38,453 bases of DNA from Octopus bimaculoides (GCF_001194135.2 NC_068985.1:57178658-57217110); one strand, 5' to 3'; positions 1 through 11,744 are shown, counted from the first letter of the stretch. Notes: generated from the letters alone by a model not told the origin. Made by a program: numbers and translations.

Positions 1-2
1 CA

Positions 3-330
3 ACAAAAAGACCAGACTTAGTCATATGGAACACAGAACAGAGAATAGGAATCTTGCTAGAACTGACAGTACCATGGGAAGAAAACATCGACAATCCAGA
101 GAAACGAAAGGAGAAGAGATATGAAAAACTAATCGAAGAGTGCAGAGAACAGGGATGGACTGTCGAGTACTACCATCTGGCAGTGGGGGCTAGAGGCTTC
201 ATTGAAAGAAAAATGACAAGAGAAGATTTGCGTTTTCAAACTCGGAACTGAGAAAACTGATAAGGAGGATACAGGAGGCGGTCGAAAAAGCCAGCTTCTA
301 TATATGGCTGAAGCGGGAAGACCAGGGACA
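3..330 (+). mobile_element. 3' end of an RLE-type (HERO-like) non-LTR retrotransposon: restriction-like endonuclease domain, frameshifted
   Basis: Frame 3 reads KRPDLVIWNTEQRIGILLELTVPWEENIDNPEKRKEKRYEKLIEECREQGWTVEYYHLAVGARGF. After a frameshift near 245 it continues ELRKLIRRIQEAVEKASFYIWLKRE. RPD-x-ELTVPWE, VGxRGF and AxEKASxxxWLKR are typical of the HERO-clade PD-(D/E)xK endonuclease and C-terminus. The element is cut by the window start. Confidence 0.85.
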
Positions 331-518
331 GGTGTTTTCTGACTCAAGCGGGTCAGTAACTCATTGTATGAAAACTTTGAAGAGTCTAGAACCATCCCTG
401 GAACATAAGTAATGTATGTTCCCTGATTCGAGAAAATCAGTTGAATAATACACCCGTTATAATCTTTTATACACACAGAACGAATGAGATTTATATCATA
501 GATATTTATTTAATACAG

Positions 519-529
519 CTATCTCTATC

Positions 530-581
<52 letters not shown>
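519..581. repeat. (ATCT)n microsatellite
   Basis: Direct reading. Confidence 0.95.
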
Positions 582-1663
582 ATATGTTATTAATACATTA
601 TATATTACACTAAATGTTATATTTTTCATGTAATTTATTATAAACTACTGAGTATGTATGTATATAAATTTAGATCTATGTATTCAGCTGCGAAAGTAGT
701 TATAAATGACAAAAGTGACTTGAAATTCATTAAACTTACTTGAAAATTCCATTGCGGAAATTGCTATTGTATAAACAATATCAAAATTGCGTGATTTAAT
801 TGTAATTACATTTTGGAAGACAACAAAAGAAACGAACTTATTTGGAAAGCTTTTCATTGTCCTATCTGTGAAAATTGGCGAACAATAACTGAATTGTTTT
901 TATAGGGAGAAACAAATGTGTTAATACTTATTGTGCAATTCCTAAGACAAGTAGCTTGCTAACTGACCGCATGATCGAACCAAGTGTTGACGTTACTCTT
1001 TGCGCCTTAATTAAACTTTCTCCAGGTTTGCATTCTGTTCCCTACATATTTTCTTCTGTACAATTCCTACGTGCTATCATATCCTACAACTCCCACTCTT
1101 ATGCAGATGCCGTGACCTTCAATTATTAAGTAAATTTTTTCAATCCGAAAATGTATTGATTCTATAAACTAAAATTTTGATAGTCGTCCATTGCGTCTTC
1201 GTTAATCTTGTTTCTTTTTGCAGCAAATAATTTAATCGCTACGAATCTGGAAAACAACATTGCGGCGCATCTGCGCTGAAAGTGAGCGGTACGTAACTGG
1301 AAAGCATATAATTAACATATCTATGCCTGCAACCTAAAGGCTAACCCATATTCTCAGGTCCCGAAAATATTTCAACCCTTATACTTGCTGACACTCTACA
1401 ATGTTTCAGATAACCCTCACAAATTTAAGACAATACTCCTGCTACACACATATACATTGTGGAGCGCACTGGAATTCAGTAATTAATGGGCTCGTTTCAA
1501 GCGTCTGATACTTATGCATGTTGTATCCTCTCGATGTTTTTTTTCTGTCGTTGTCATAATGGTTACAAATATTAGTACAACGCTAGCAAATTTAAGATTT
1601 ATTGAAAACATGGTCCCCAATACTCAACCGCTACTTTATTTTGTTTACTCTGCAATAATGAAA

Positions 1664-1710
1664 AGCAAATTTCACCTCGGTGAAATTTGAATTCAGAACG
1701 TAAAGAGTAA
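1664..1710 (-). mobile_element. Short fragment of SINE family B (B-box region)
   Basis: gcaaatttcacctcggtgaaatttgaattcagaacgtaaag matches the corresponding part of the copies at 25991-26158 and 34228-34442. Confidence 0.55.
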
Positions 1711-1879
1711 TAATGGTTCCTCTTCCTTGGAGCAGGCTGGTTTCGTACCTCCACAAATTAGGCACTTACTTCCTTGTATTCGTTTCACATCACGCCACCC
1801 TTCATACGTCTGACGCAGACGGCCCCACCCTAACCAAATTTCCCCAGTACCTTCTCTCCACAACACATAAGTTTTGAAA

Positions 1880-2255
1880 TCTTCCTGCTCTTATTTCTCT
1901 GTTGTACTTTTTCACTACAACATTCTCTCGCTCTTTGTACCTGTTGTACCTGTATTTCAAAAGGCCAGCCTTGTCACACTCTGTGTCATGCTGAATCTCC
2001 CTGAGAACTACGTTAAGTGTACACGTGTCTGTGGAGTGCTCAGTCACTTGCATGTTAATAAATGAGCTGTGACGTTACTGGTACCAAGCTGTATCGGCGT
2101 TTGCCTTTCCCATGGATAACATCGGTGACGTGGAGAGGGGAGGCTAGTATGCATGGCCGACTGCTGGTCTTCCATAAGCAACCTTGCCCAGACTTGTGCC
2201 TCGGAGGGTAACTATCTAGGTGCAATCCCATGGTCATTAATGACCGAAGGGGGTC
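1880..2255 (+). mobile_element. Headless SINE (family C body) with an alternative 3' tail
   Basis: About 1955-2058 (ccttgtcacact...gagaactacgttaag...gtggagtgctcag...gttaat) matches the reverse complement of about 30715-30810. After gttaat the two copies diverge into unrelated tails. Confidence 0.75.
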
Positions 2256-3479
2256 ACAACAAGGTAGATTACTTGCAGAGTCTACCGGTCTCACTGGGAA
2301 ATAGGTGAAAGTATTGCAATTTCCTAGTATATTAAGAAGTTGTTAGTCCATGCTGGTTGCATGAGAATTTGTTCGGAAATCAATAATTATGTAAATAAAT
2401 CTAAGGGAAGATAATTAGTATTGTTATTATTGGAAACAGTGAAGTTAATTGCACTTTTTTAGAGGTACACTTTCTTGAGGGGTAGATTTATAACACTTAT
2501 ATTACGAAGTTATAAATTCCTGAATTAAAATAGCAGAATAAAATATGTAAAATATTATGCGTTCAAAAATTGTAATTTAAGAATCAAAAGTTGCTTATGT
2601 GTTCAGGCACAGTTTGTATTTTTTAATAAATATATTCTATTTAATCACTGTTATATAGAGATTGTTTTCTTGCACTGGTTTATCAGAAAAACCGCGACGT
2701 TTGGCTGCAGATTGCCCGCACATCTCTCCCACACCCAAATGAAATTTTGATTTTGTTTACATTAAAGAAATCGTAGCAAATTGACAAACATATGCAAATT
2801 GAAATTAAATCCAGACGAAAACTTTAAAGTGAAGAGAATTTGCGCTTTACTTGTGTAAATAAGAATTGAATGTAAATTAAATACACCATTTTATGAGAAA
2901 CAAACATTACTGTTATAAATTTTAATAAGGGGCTCAAATTTCACTCCCTCCCCCAATTTTGAATTTTGAACATTTTCATCCATTTATTTATTTATCTGTC
3001 TATCTCTGTCCGTTTATTCATAAAATACATTTGTCAACTAAATGTGGTGGTCCTATAGAAAACGGTATTTTTAGCCCCACTAAGACATCCATGTCTATCT
3101 CTTTATACACATATCTATATGCTTATTGAATTTAAACTTTTGAAAACGTGGTTTCTTGCATATTCTTGCACATTCCGTCATTTAAAACATAAGGGGAAAA
3201 CATTTCGAAAAAGTTCAAAATTTTAAAGTTGTGGGGTTAGATTTTTTTGCATATTCGTAATCGAAGAGAAAACAGTAAATGAAACCAATAAAAAATGAAT
3301 ATATAAAATTAAAAATTAAAAAAAATAAGATCAATACTAATTGAGAATAGTGAGACGGGGACATTTAAGTCAATCAAGAGTTACCAAATGGAAAATATAG
3401 GAATGGTCAGTATACTTGTGATCTTGTCAAAAGTTGACCTGTGTGGTGAGGTCAGCTATTCAGTATTCAGAGGTGGGAT

Positions 3480-3780
3480 CGTGTATATATACATACACAC
3501 ACACATACACACACACACACGCATACGCACACACACAATATATGTGCATATATACACTCATACACACACATGAATATACATACACATACTTAAAACCTTA
3601 TGTCTCTTGATTTTTATACCTTTGCATGTACTCACACATATATGCATACATACATATATGTACATATACATACATGTATACTCATACTCGCACATACACA
3701 CAAACACACAAACACACACACACACATATATACACACTCTCATATATATGTATGTGTATACATACATGCATATACATACA

Positions 3781-3824
<44 letters not shown>

Positions 3825-3950
3825 CCTACATACACACATATATATATCCATATATACACATCTACACATATATGTACATATATATGCACAACATATATAC
3901 ATACACATAACATATAACAATATAACAATGAACATAACACACACACACAC

Positions 3951-3982
<32 letters not shown>
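3480..3982. repeat. Compound (CA)/(TA)/(CATA) microsatellite tract
   Basis: Direct reading. Source of the spurious H/T/Y/I-rich ORFs. Confidence 0.95.
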
Positions 3983-3986
<4 letters not shown>

Positions 3987-4378
3987 TTATAAGCTTAAAG
4001 CTTATAGCAATCACCGATCACTGACTAAGGAAAGTAGTCTAATAATGGAGCATATAAGCCCTCGGCAGAAAAAGAGTAGGTTTCCCACTGCGTGGGACTC
4101 AAACCCACATCTCATTGTTTACGCGAATAAGTGTGCTACCGATTACACTAGAGAACCTTCCTGCTTTTTCCTGTCATAATTAGTTCGTAGTTGTTTTTGT
4201 AAACAAACTTTCATGTGCTTTTACGATGAATAGTTTTTAAGCCGTGTCTAGTTTTTACAATTCCATAAATACAGATAATTGTATTTTATAAGCTTAACAC
4301 TTATAACAATCACCGCGCAATGACTAAAGAAAAGAGTTTAATAATGGGGCATATAAGCCCTCGACAGAAAAAAGTAGG
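3983..4378. repeat. About 97-nt direct repeat (3983-4080 and 4282-4378, period 299) enclosing a tRNA-like segment
   Basis: tattttataagctta...caatcaccg...tgacta...taataatgg.gcatataagccctcg.cagaaaaa..gtagg is present twice at roughly 80% identity by eye. Confidence 0.85.
4081..4157 (-). other. tRNA-like (Pol III A/B box) segment, probable SINE head or decayed tRNA
   Basis: The minus strand reads GGTTCTCTAGTGTAATCGGTAGCAC...GTGGGTTTGAGTCCCAC. The D-arm GTGT/GCAC, the T-arm GTGGG/CCCAC and A- and B-box-like motifs are present. The anticodon arm is disrupted. Confidence 0.6.
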
Positions 4379-4669
4379 TCGATGTGGCCGATTCAAATCC
4401 GAATTAATAAGATTAGTTAAAATTAATACAAATGGATCGATCTGGAGATTTGTGAGATTGCATTCTTAATCCAGAGAGGTTGGCGTCTTCCAGTTGAAGA
4501 CACATTTTTCCATATGTTTACAGTACGTAAGTAGAGTTCTTATGTCACTGCCTCAAAGTAATTGTATTAATTTTTTTCTCTTTGTCTTTTTTCTCTATGT
4601 GCGTTCTCATTCAAACGTCAACTGTTTCTAACGCAATTAACAAACTACCTTGCTTTTTGACAGTATACA

Positions 4670-5830
4670 AAATGGCGAAATAAATGTTGGAATCCGTGGA
4701 AACTTCTACACTGAATTAAGTATTTCATAGAGAATAGAACACAAGAAGTTGTGGTCGATGGAGTCCACTCAAGCCCAGCAAAAGTCACCTGTGGTGTCCA
4801 TCAGGGGACTGTCTTGGGCCTACTCCTCTTTATAATTTATATAAATGACCTTTACAACGTAGTAAATCACTGCAAAGTGAAAATATTTGCTGATGACACT
4901 AAGCTCCAGCAAATCATCAAAGAAGAAGAAGACGGAACCCAACTCCAGTCTGATCTATATGATGTGAGTCAATGGGCAGATATAAACAAAATGAAACTGA
5001 ACAAGGAAAATTTGAGCTGATGCATTTTGGGAGATGTCTATACTAAAACAGCCATACTCTCTTCCTTCAGGGGAACTGCTCATGGCATCCAATAATACCA
5101 GAGATCTGGGTGTAGTTGTTGACAACAATCTCAATTGGAGTGTCCACATCATCAATAAGGTCAATATAGCTCGTAGGATGAGCTCTTGGATCTTAAGAAC
5201 CTTCCGGTCCAGAGAACAAGGTTTCATCATTCCCTTTTTCTCCTCCTTTCTACGGCCACACCTCGAATACGGCTGCCCACGTGGTCTCCCCATACAAGAC
5301 AAAACATCTCGAGGATTGAATCACCCCGGAGGGCACTCACTAAACGAATTGAAAGCATGACTGATCTTGATTACTGGGACCGTCTTAAAGCCTTGAAGCT
5401 CTACTCTCCCCAGCGCCGCGGCGAGCGGTACATCATCTGTATGATGTGGAAAATATACCACCACCATTGCCCAAACGCCCTGAACATTAGTTTCAAGGTT
5501 CATCCAAGGCTGGGACCACTGGCCATACTCCCCTGCTCAATTCAAGATCACAACATATAGGTACACTGCGGCATAATTTCTTTTCTGCCCTGTTTAACAT
5601 TGTCCGGAAACAGATAAAATAAGAAAAAGATCTTATCAGTTTAAACGGAGTCTAGACAGATTTCTTCAAGGAATACCAGACAAGCCACCCATACCTGAAT
5701 ACAACTCACTCAATACGAACTCACTACTTGAATGGACGATAATTAAAACTTTGTAAAAAGGATTTAGATAATCCTATCAGGTGGTGCTATTAAGTTAGAC
5801 ATGGCCTGGACAAATCTAAGTCTAAGATTA
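4670..5830 (+). mobile_element. 5'-truncated, decayed CR1-group LINE: RT C-terminal half plus 3' UTR
   Basis: Translates across frameshifts as NRTQEVVVDG, GVHQGTVLGLLLFIIYINDL, FADDTKL, RDLGV, LRPHLEY, WSP, DYWDRLKALKLYSPQRRGERYII. These are RT domains 4-7 and the thumb of CR1/L2-type LINEs. It ends at a (TA)n tract and gap. Confidence 0.9.
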
Positions 5831-5990
5831 TCTAACTTTATATATATATANNNNNNNNNNNNNNNNNNNNNNNNNNNNNNNNNNNNNNNNNNNNNNNNNN
5901 NNNNNNNNNNNNNNNNNNNNNNNNNNNNNNNNNNNNNNNNNNNNNNNNNNNNNNNNNNNNNNNNNNNNNNNNNNNNNNNNNNNNNNNNNN

Positions 5991-6185
5991 TATATATGGG
6001 AGAATTTACGAAAAAAACAACAGACGAAGACAGGTGGTGTAAACAATAAATGGATGTATTAGTTTAACGCTCAGCAATAGAGAAAGTCTTTGACGTTTCG
6101 AGCTACGCTCTTCAACTGAAATGAACACAGAAAGAAATAAGGAGAGAAACAAGGAGAAAAAAAATATAAATATAGTGGCCAGCTA
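5991..6185 (-). mobile_element. Short non-autonomous repeat, probably a PLE terminal-repeat derivative, between (TA)n tracts
   Basis: Flanked on both sides by (TA)n and contains the decayed hammerhead-like motif at 6088-6121. Family assignment is inference. Confidence 0.5.
6088..6121 (-). ncRNA. Decayed minimal type I hammerhead-like motif
   Basis: The minus strand reads TTT-CAGTTGA-A-GAG cgtag CTC-GAAAC-GTC-AAAG. Helix I is TTT/AAA, helix II is GAG/CTC, and GAAAC and a GUC triplet are present. The core is CAGUUGA instead of CUGANGA, so it is probably inactive. Confidence 0.4.
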
Positions 6186-6204
6186 TCTATCATGGTCAGC
6201 GATC

Positions 6205-6236
<32 letters not shown>

Positions 6237-6438
6237 ATAAGTTTAAAATAAAAAAAGAAATCTTGCAATCACAGATTCCCTCATTTTCCTGGTCAAGATA
6301 ATAATTAATTCTGTCACCTATAAAACTGAAAACAAGACAGTTTGTCACTTGTCTTTTCAATAAATAAACTTTAAACAAGAGACTCTTGTAAAGAAGAAGA
6401 CCAAAAGGAAAGCATAAAGGAAATAACCAACTTTACAA

Positions 6439-6825
6439 TAATTCGATATCAAATAGCCGTAAACCAGATGCAAATGTTTCACTAAGTGTCCGGTGCTCTA
6501 CTTTTAAATTTCGATAAGATGTATTTCTTGAAATGTGAATATAGAGAAAAAAATCTCGTACTTCCAATATGTGTATTTCTTTGGACTTTCACAAGTTTTT
6601 CTATTCTAATGGGTACAGTTTTTCAAGCGAAGACACTGAACATTTCTTCTAGCCGTTAATAGAGAGTCTGGATTTAGAGATTTTACATTTGATATCGAAA
6701 TGGTTTCCTTCGTCTACATTTATTTCTATGTTTCAAAAAATACAACTTGTCGGAATTTAAAAGTTGACAATCGGACACTTAGTAAACTATTACTATCTGG
6801 TTCATGTCTGTTTGATATCGAATTA
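6439..6825. mobile_element. MITE-like foldback element
   Basis: Arms of about 105 nt (6439-6545 and 6722-6825) start TAATTCGATATCAAA and end TTTGATATCGAATTA, at about 75% identity by eye. No ORF. Confidence 0.75.
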
Positions 6826-7104
6826 GCATAACATTGCTTACCTCCCTTGTATTTTCTTTTCATCTTCTCTGCAAGCGTCTCTTCTTTACACATTGTCTAC
6901 TCAAAAGACAACTGACAAACATTTCTGCCGTGTTCTTGATAAATGGCGGAATGAATTATTATTTCCACCAGGAAAACTTGGATTCTTGTAATTGCAAGGT
7001 TTGTAACTTTTTATTCTAAGATTATTTTTGCACTCTTCACTGACTGAGTGCTTTTCTGCTTGTTGAAGCATTACCACACACACACACACACACATGTATA
7101 TATA

Positions 7105-7140
<36 letters not shown>

Positions 7141-7190
7141 TGTATGCATGTATGTGTGTGTGTATGTGTGTTTGTCAATGTTTGTGTATA

Positions 7191-8082
7191 TGAGGGGGCA
7201 CCCAAAAGAAACCGGAATTTTGCAATATTATTTTATACACTTTTACATGTATGCACTTTTATCGCGTTCACAGCATTCCCAATTTGAAGCAATACGTCGG
7301 TTCAGATGCATTTCCCACTGTTCAAAGCCGTCCTGGAAACCTTGCGAAGTGAAGGCTTCTAACACCTCCTTCATTATTTTCTTCACATCTTCCACTTCTG
7401 CAGACGGTTTTTCTTTAAGGACTTTTTTCATTCGGGGGAACAAAAAAAAAAGTCGCAGGGAGCAAGATTTGCTGAATAGGGAGGGTAGGTAAGCGGGGTA
7501 ATGTCATTTTTGGTCAAAAATCATTTCATTTTCCGTGCGCAAGATACGTACAAATTTTCTTGCAACTATTTTCATTCGCAGTTACTCGCTCAAAGTTCGT
7601 TGGCAGGAACTCCAGAACACATCCAGTCACACCAAGAAGTTCGTCAGTTGTTCGGCGATGGTCCTCCAAGAATTTTCGTGATGTTTTATTCGTTCAGGAG
7701 GTCGTCGATCGTCCTGTAGGAAGTTGGTCTTCAAGCGACATGTAACCATTCCAAAAGAGTAAAAATCAGTTGTAAACTTATGTTTTGCTCTTGGTAGCGT
7801 CCTTTTCATATTTGAAGCATCACAACTGTTTCCGCCGCCGTTTTCCCCAGCAGAACACAAAATTTCCCGCGAGCACACAATTCCTTCGTTTCAACCATCG
7901 CAAAAATCGACGAACAGGGGAGAAACAGCAAAACAAGGACGTACCACTTTCATTACGATCCCACTGAAACCTGTCAAACAGATGTTTGAGGGCTGCATAG
8001 AGTGGCTTCTAGCAACAGAAGCCTGAACTACAACGAGCTTGTCCCTCGGAGAAAGTTTCCGGTTACGTTGGGTATCTTGTCG
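7191..8082 (-). mobile_element. Decayed, internally deleted mariner (DD34D) transposon
   Basis: The minus strand gives KFCVLLGKTAAETVVML, SWSSCQRTLSE..RKFV, FLTKNDITPLTYPPYSANLAPCDF and FPRMKKVLK...WE. Degenerate TIRs gagggggcacccaaaagaaaccggaa (7192) and ttccggttacgttgggtatcttgtcg (to 8082) are each bounded by TA. Confidence 0.85.
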
Positions 8083-9694
8083 TATGTTATGCAATACTGC
8101 ACATTGTATAACACTAAACTCGATAATTTCCCATATATGTTTGTGAAACGGAAAAAGAGAGATCACCCGCTCATGTTTTAATTCTGTGCTGGGATACATT
8201 TCCTCACTACCTGTGTACGCATTTTAACTGGACATATGAACTGGAATTGGTTCCTTTTAACATGCCATCATGACGAAATATAAGGTTGCTTGCAGTTATA
8301 TAGTGAATCGGCCAACATTCTGAAAACGAGAGCGAAATTTTTTCTGAACTCCCGAGAGCTGCTAAAAGCTTACCCTTCACATTGACGTTATAATAACGGG
8401 CTTCGAAAGATTGGATACAGCCAAAATAAGTCCATCCAACATAACAGTCAGTGGATTGGTCTTTGAATATAGAAGCTATCTTTTATCTGTTTTGCGTCAG
8501 ACTCAGTCAGCCTGTGGTAGCCATCATTATAATGTTAGATATATATTTCACTATATTTGTAGTAGGGATATAAATAGATCTTCCCATATAATATATGTAG
8601 TTATAGATATAATGTTTAATTTCTTATATCAAATATATGCTTTATGCATGTGTGTATAGAGTGAGAGGTATACTCACACCACTCTTAAAGTATCTTACAT
8701 CTGTTTATTTAATGAAAGTATTAAACCTTCCAGTGAGAATTTGAAACTCGAAAACAGTGTCAATACATTTGGTAATTATTGAAAGGATAAGAAATGCGTA
8801 ACGAAAATCTCAGGACTGAGAGGTATATGCAATAGAGTGAATATAGCAGTGTTTAAATATTTAGTCTCCCTTCGAAAGAATAACAAAATACAAATAATTC
8901 TCTGCACGTAAACAAAGCGAACAAAGCAACGATCGGTAGCGCGATCAAAGCATAAAATTCAAATAATCTCATAAAGAACAAATAATAAATGCAGCTTATA
9001 TATATTTCATACAATATATCTTACTAAATATGTGTTTATCATACAATATATGGTCAGATTTAGTGAAATCATTATTTGAAAATGTAAGAGATTATAACCG
9101 TAACATTGAAATCCACAGCTAATTGCAAGATATCATGACAGCTACATGAAGAAAGGCGGGATTTCGTAATCAATGATCAGATTAAATTTATACGAGTTAG
9201 GGTGTAGAAAAGAGCAACTACCCATAAATAAAATGAAAACAAAGAACACAAGGTGTTTATTTGACTAATTATTGCTGTAAAGACTGATCAACGTCACAAA
9301 ATATAACAAATACCAGTTGGGAAAGAGAAACTTTAAAAACAGAATTTTTAACTGATTTCATTTTAGGCTGTCTTTTATAATCTAATTTTATTATTTTTAT
9401 GGAAAAATTACACGGATGAGAAACGAAATTGCTGAAGGCAGCGAGGATAAGAAACGACATTTTAAAACATCGGTCTATTATTTTCAAAGTGATAATTATC
9501 CAAACAAAAAATATTCAACATGCTATGGAAGGAAAGTTTGAAATACGTAACTAAAACACAGCATTGAAATAACTAATCAATAATTTTTTATAACTGTTGA
9601 CGTACAATCTCGTAAATTGTTTTTAATGCCTGTCGAGCGAGAGAACGAGTGAGAGTGAAAAAGTTGGAAAGAAATAGTAGCCCGATGTTTGTCT

Positions 9695-9724
9695 TTATCT
9701 TTAACTATAAAAGAGAGTTTGTGT

Positions 9725-9756
<32 letters not shown>

Positions 9757-9840
9757 GTGTACGTATGTTCCTTATGCATTCCAAAACCGAGGTGCCGATT
9801 TTGACGTATGAGGTATCAAATGATTCAGTACTATTTCCGT
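9695..9840. mobile_element. Possible non-autonomous Helitron-like fragment
   Basis: ctataaaagagagttttgtgtatg-(GT)n-tatgttccttatgcattccaaaaccg...ccgattttg resembles, from memory, the 5' layout of microsatellite-containing non-autonomous Helitrons. No 3' hairpin or CTRR end was identified. Confidence 0.25.
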
Positions 9841-10020
9841 TACCAACTAAACTTTATTTTCATTGACATATTTCCATTACAAAAATTTAAAATTAACATC
9901 TTTTCCATAACTTAACTATCGTAAGCATTTTATACGATGACGACGATGAAGTCACATTTTCTATATGAGTGTATACCTTAAAAGACATCCATCATTACGA
10001 TATACACCTCACTCACTCTC

Positions 10021-10035
10021 TCTTTCTCTCTTTCG

Positions 10036-10092
<57 letters not shown>
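10021..10092. repeat. (CA)n microsatellite
   Basis: Direct reading. Confidence 0.95.
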
Positions 10093-10096
<4 letters not shown>

Positions 10097-10261
10097 ACAC
10101 ACGTTCATTTCATATACATATTGATACATCTAACTTTAACGGAATGACCGAGTGAAATGCAGAATGAGAAAAAGATAGAGAGACAAGAGAAAGAAACAGA
10201 GGCAGAAAACAAGTTTCTATAGGATAAGATGAAGGACAGGGATAGCAGGTGAGAGTGAAAT

Positions 10262-10490
10262 GCTGATGTTTCATACCCTATGTATGTTCTATAGTTGAAA
10301 GCGAAAAAAAACCTACAGAAATTTAATACTGTATGTATGTTATATAGGTGAAGGTGAAACACCGATAGCGGATGAGAGACAGACGCTGATGTTTCATACC
10401 CTATGTATGTTCTATAGGTGAACGTGAAAGGAAGCCAGCAAAAAATTGATACTGTATGTTCTATAGGTGAATGTGAAAGAAAGCTGCACA
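10262..10490. repeat. Two-level tandem repeat: about 123-nt unit with two ~25-nt core motifs per unit
   Basis: gctgatgtttcataccctatgtatgttctatag starts at 10262 and 10385. The core tatgtt.tatag.tgaa.g.gaaa starts at 10283, 10336, 10406 and 10455. Confidence 0.8.
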
Positions 10491-10733
10491 AATAGAGATG
10501 GAAAGCGAGAGAGAAGTGGACGCTGAGAACCCCAGAAATGAGGTCGTGTTGTACAATTTTAAGATCATTTTCACTTTCGTCCCATGTTTCACGCGTGCGG
10601 AGAATTAGGCATTATCTTTCTCTTTCAATTTCTCATTATAATGTACGCAGACCTTCTGCTGTTAACATATTGCAACTTCACTACATTTCTTTCATTTGGA
10701 ATTAAGAAAGGTATGCCAAAATAACTTCCTTTT

Positions 10734-10734
<1 letters not shown>

Positions 10735-10796
<62 letters not shown>
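10735..10796. repeat. (CA)n microsatellite
   Basis: Direct reading. Confidence 0.95.
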
Positions 10797-10798
<2 letters not shown>

Positions 10799-11643
10799 GT
10801 TACATTTCTGTATGAATTTTGTTAGTTTTTGCTTTGCGCTAAATTACAGCTCAAATCCTATGGAAACTACCTTTTCCTATTTCTAGATGCTTGTCGCAGT
10901 CAAAGGCCTTCGAAAAATAAGTATTTATTTCTTACTCCGGTAAAAGATTTTCCAATGTATGTAATGGATTATGTTGTGATGATGTACATGCATATATGCA
11001 AGTCCAGGGGACATTAGTGACGTACGGGAAATTGATCCTTCTTTAACGTAACGGAACTGGAAGCATAATAGTTGCACCACGTTGTTCAGGATTCTAGTGT
11101 GATAAGTGGGAAATTTCGAAAACAAAACATGTTTGCATACTAAAACTGGAAAGATCTGATATATTGGTGGTGATAATAGATGACTGACGTTCGGTGATAA
11201 GGCATCACTTCTTCGATAAACCGCAGTATCAGCTCTTTGAACAAACACGACGGAATATTCTACAGACGAGTACACCCTTCATGTAATCCTCTCTCAAAAC
11301 GAGCGTGTGACACCTTACTGTTTGAATTATATATACAATCTACCGGGCTAGCTTCTATACAGATTTTGTTTATCCATCATCGCTCAGAGGTATGGGTAAA
11401 TTGAAAACTATAGAAAATACTATCTAACAAAGATATCCATAGTATTATCGAACCATGGACCTCGCGTTGACGAAGTGAACAATTTAACAGTTAAGCCATA
11501 TTGCACGTACTACTAATCTCATATATATACAAACTATTAATTCAGGACAGAATAAGCTCGAGGTTTTTTGTGGAGTCGTATATGCCTAAATTTTCTGGTA
11601 CAGTAGACAACGTAAAAAAAAAATTATTTTTAACCTCCACCTC

Positions 11644-11688
<45 letters not shown>

Positions 11689-11744
11689 GTCTCTCTGTCT
11701 CTCTCTCTCTCTTCATGCTTCTCTGGATTGTATATGTAATCAAA

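Noticed and set aside
4890-4896. CTGATGA motif
   Set aside because: It is simply the ADD codons of the LINE RT motif FADDTK.
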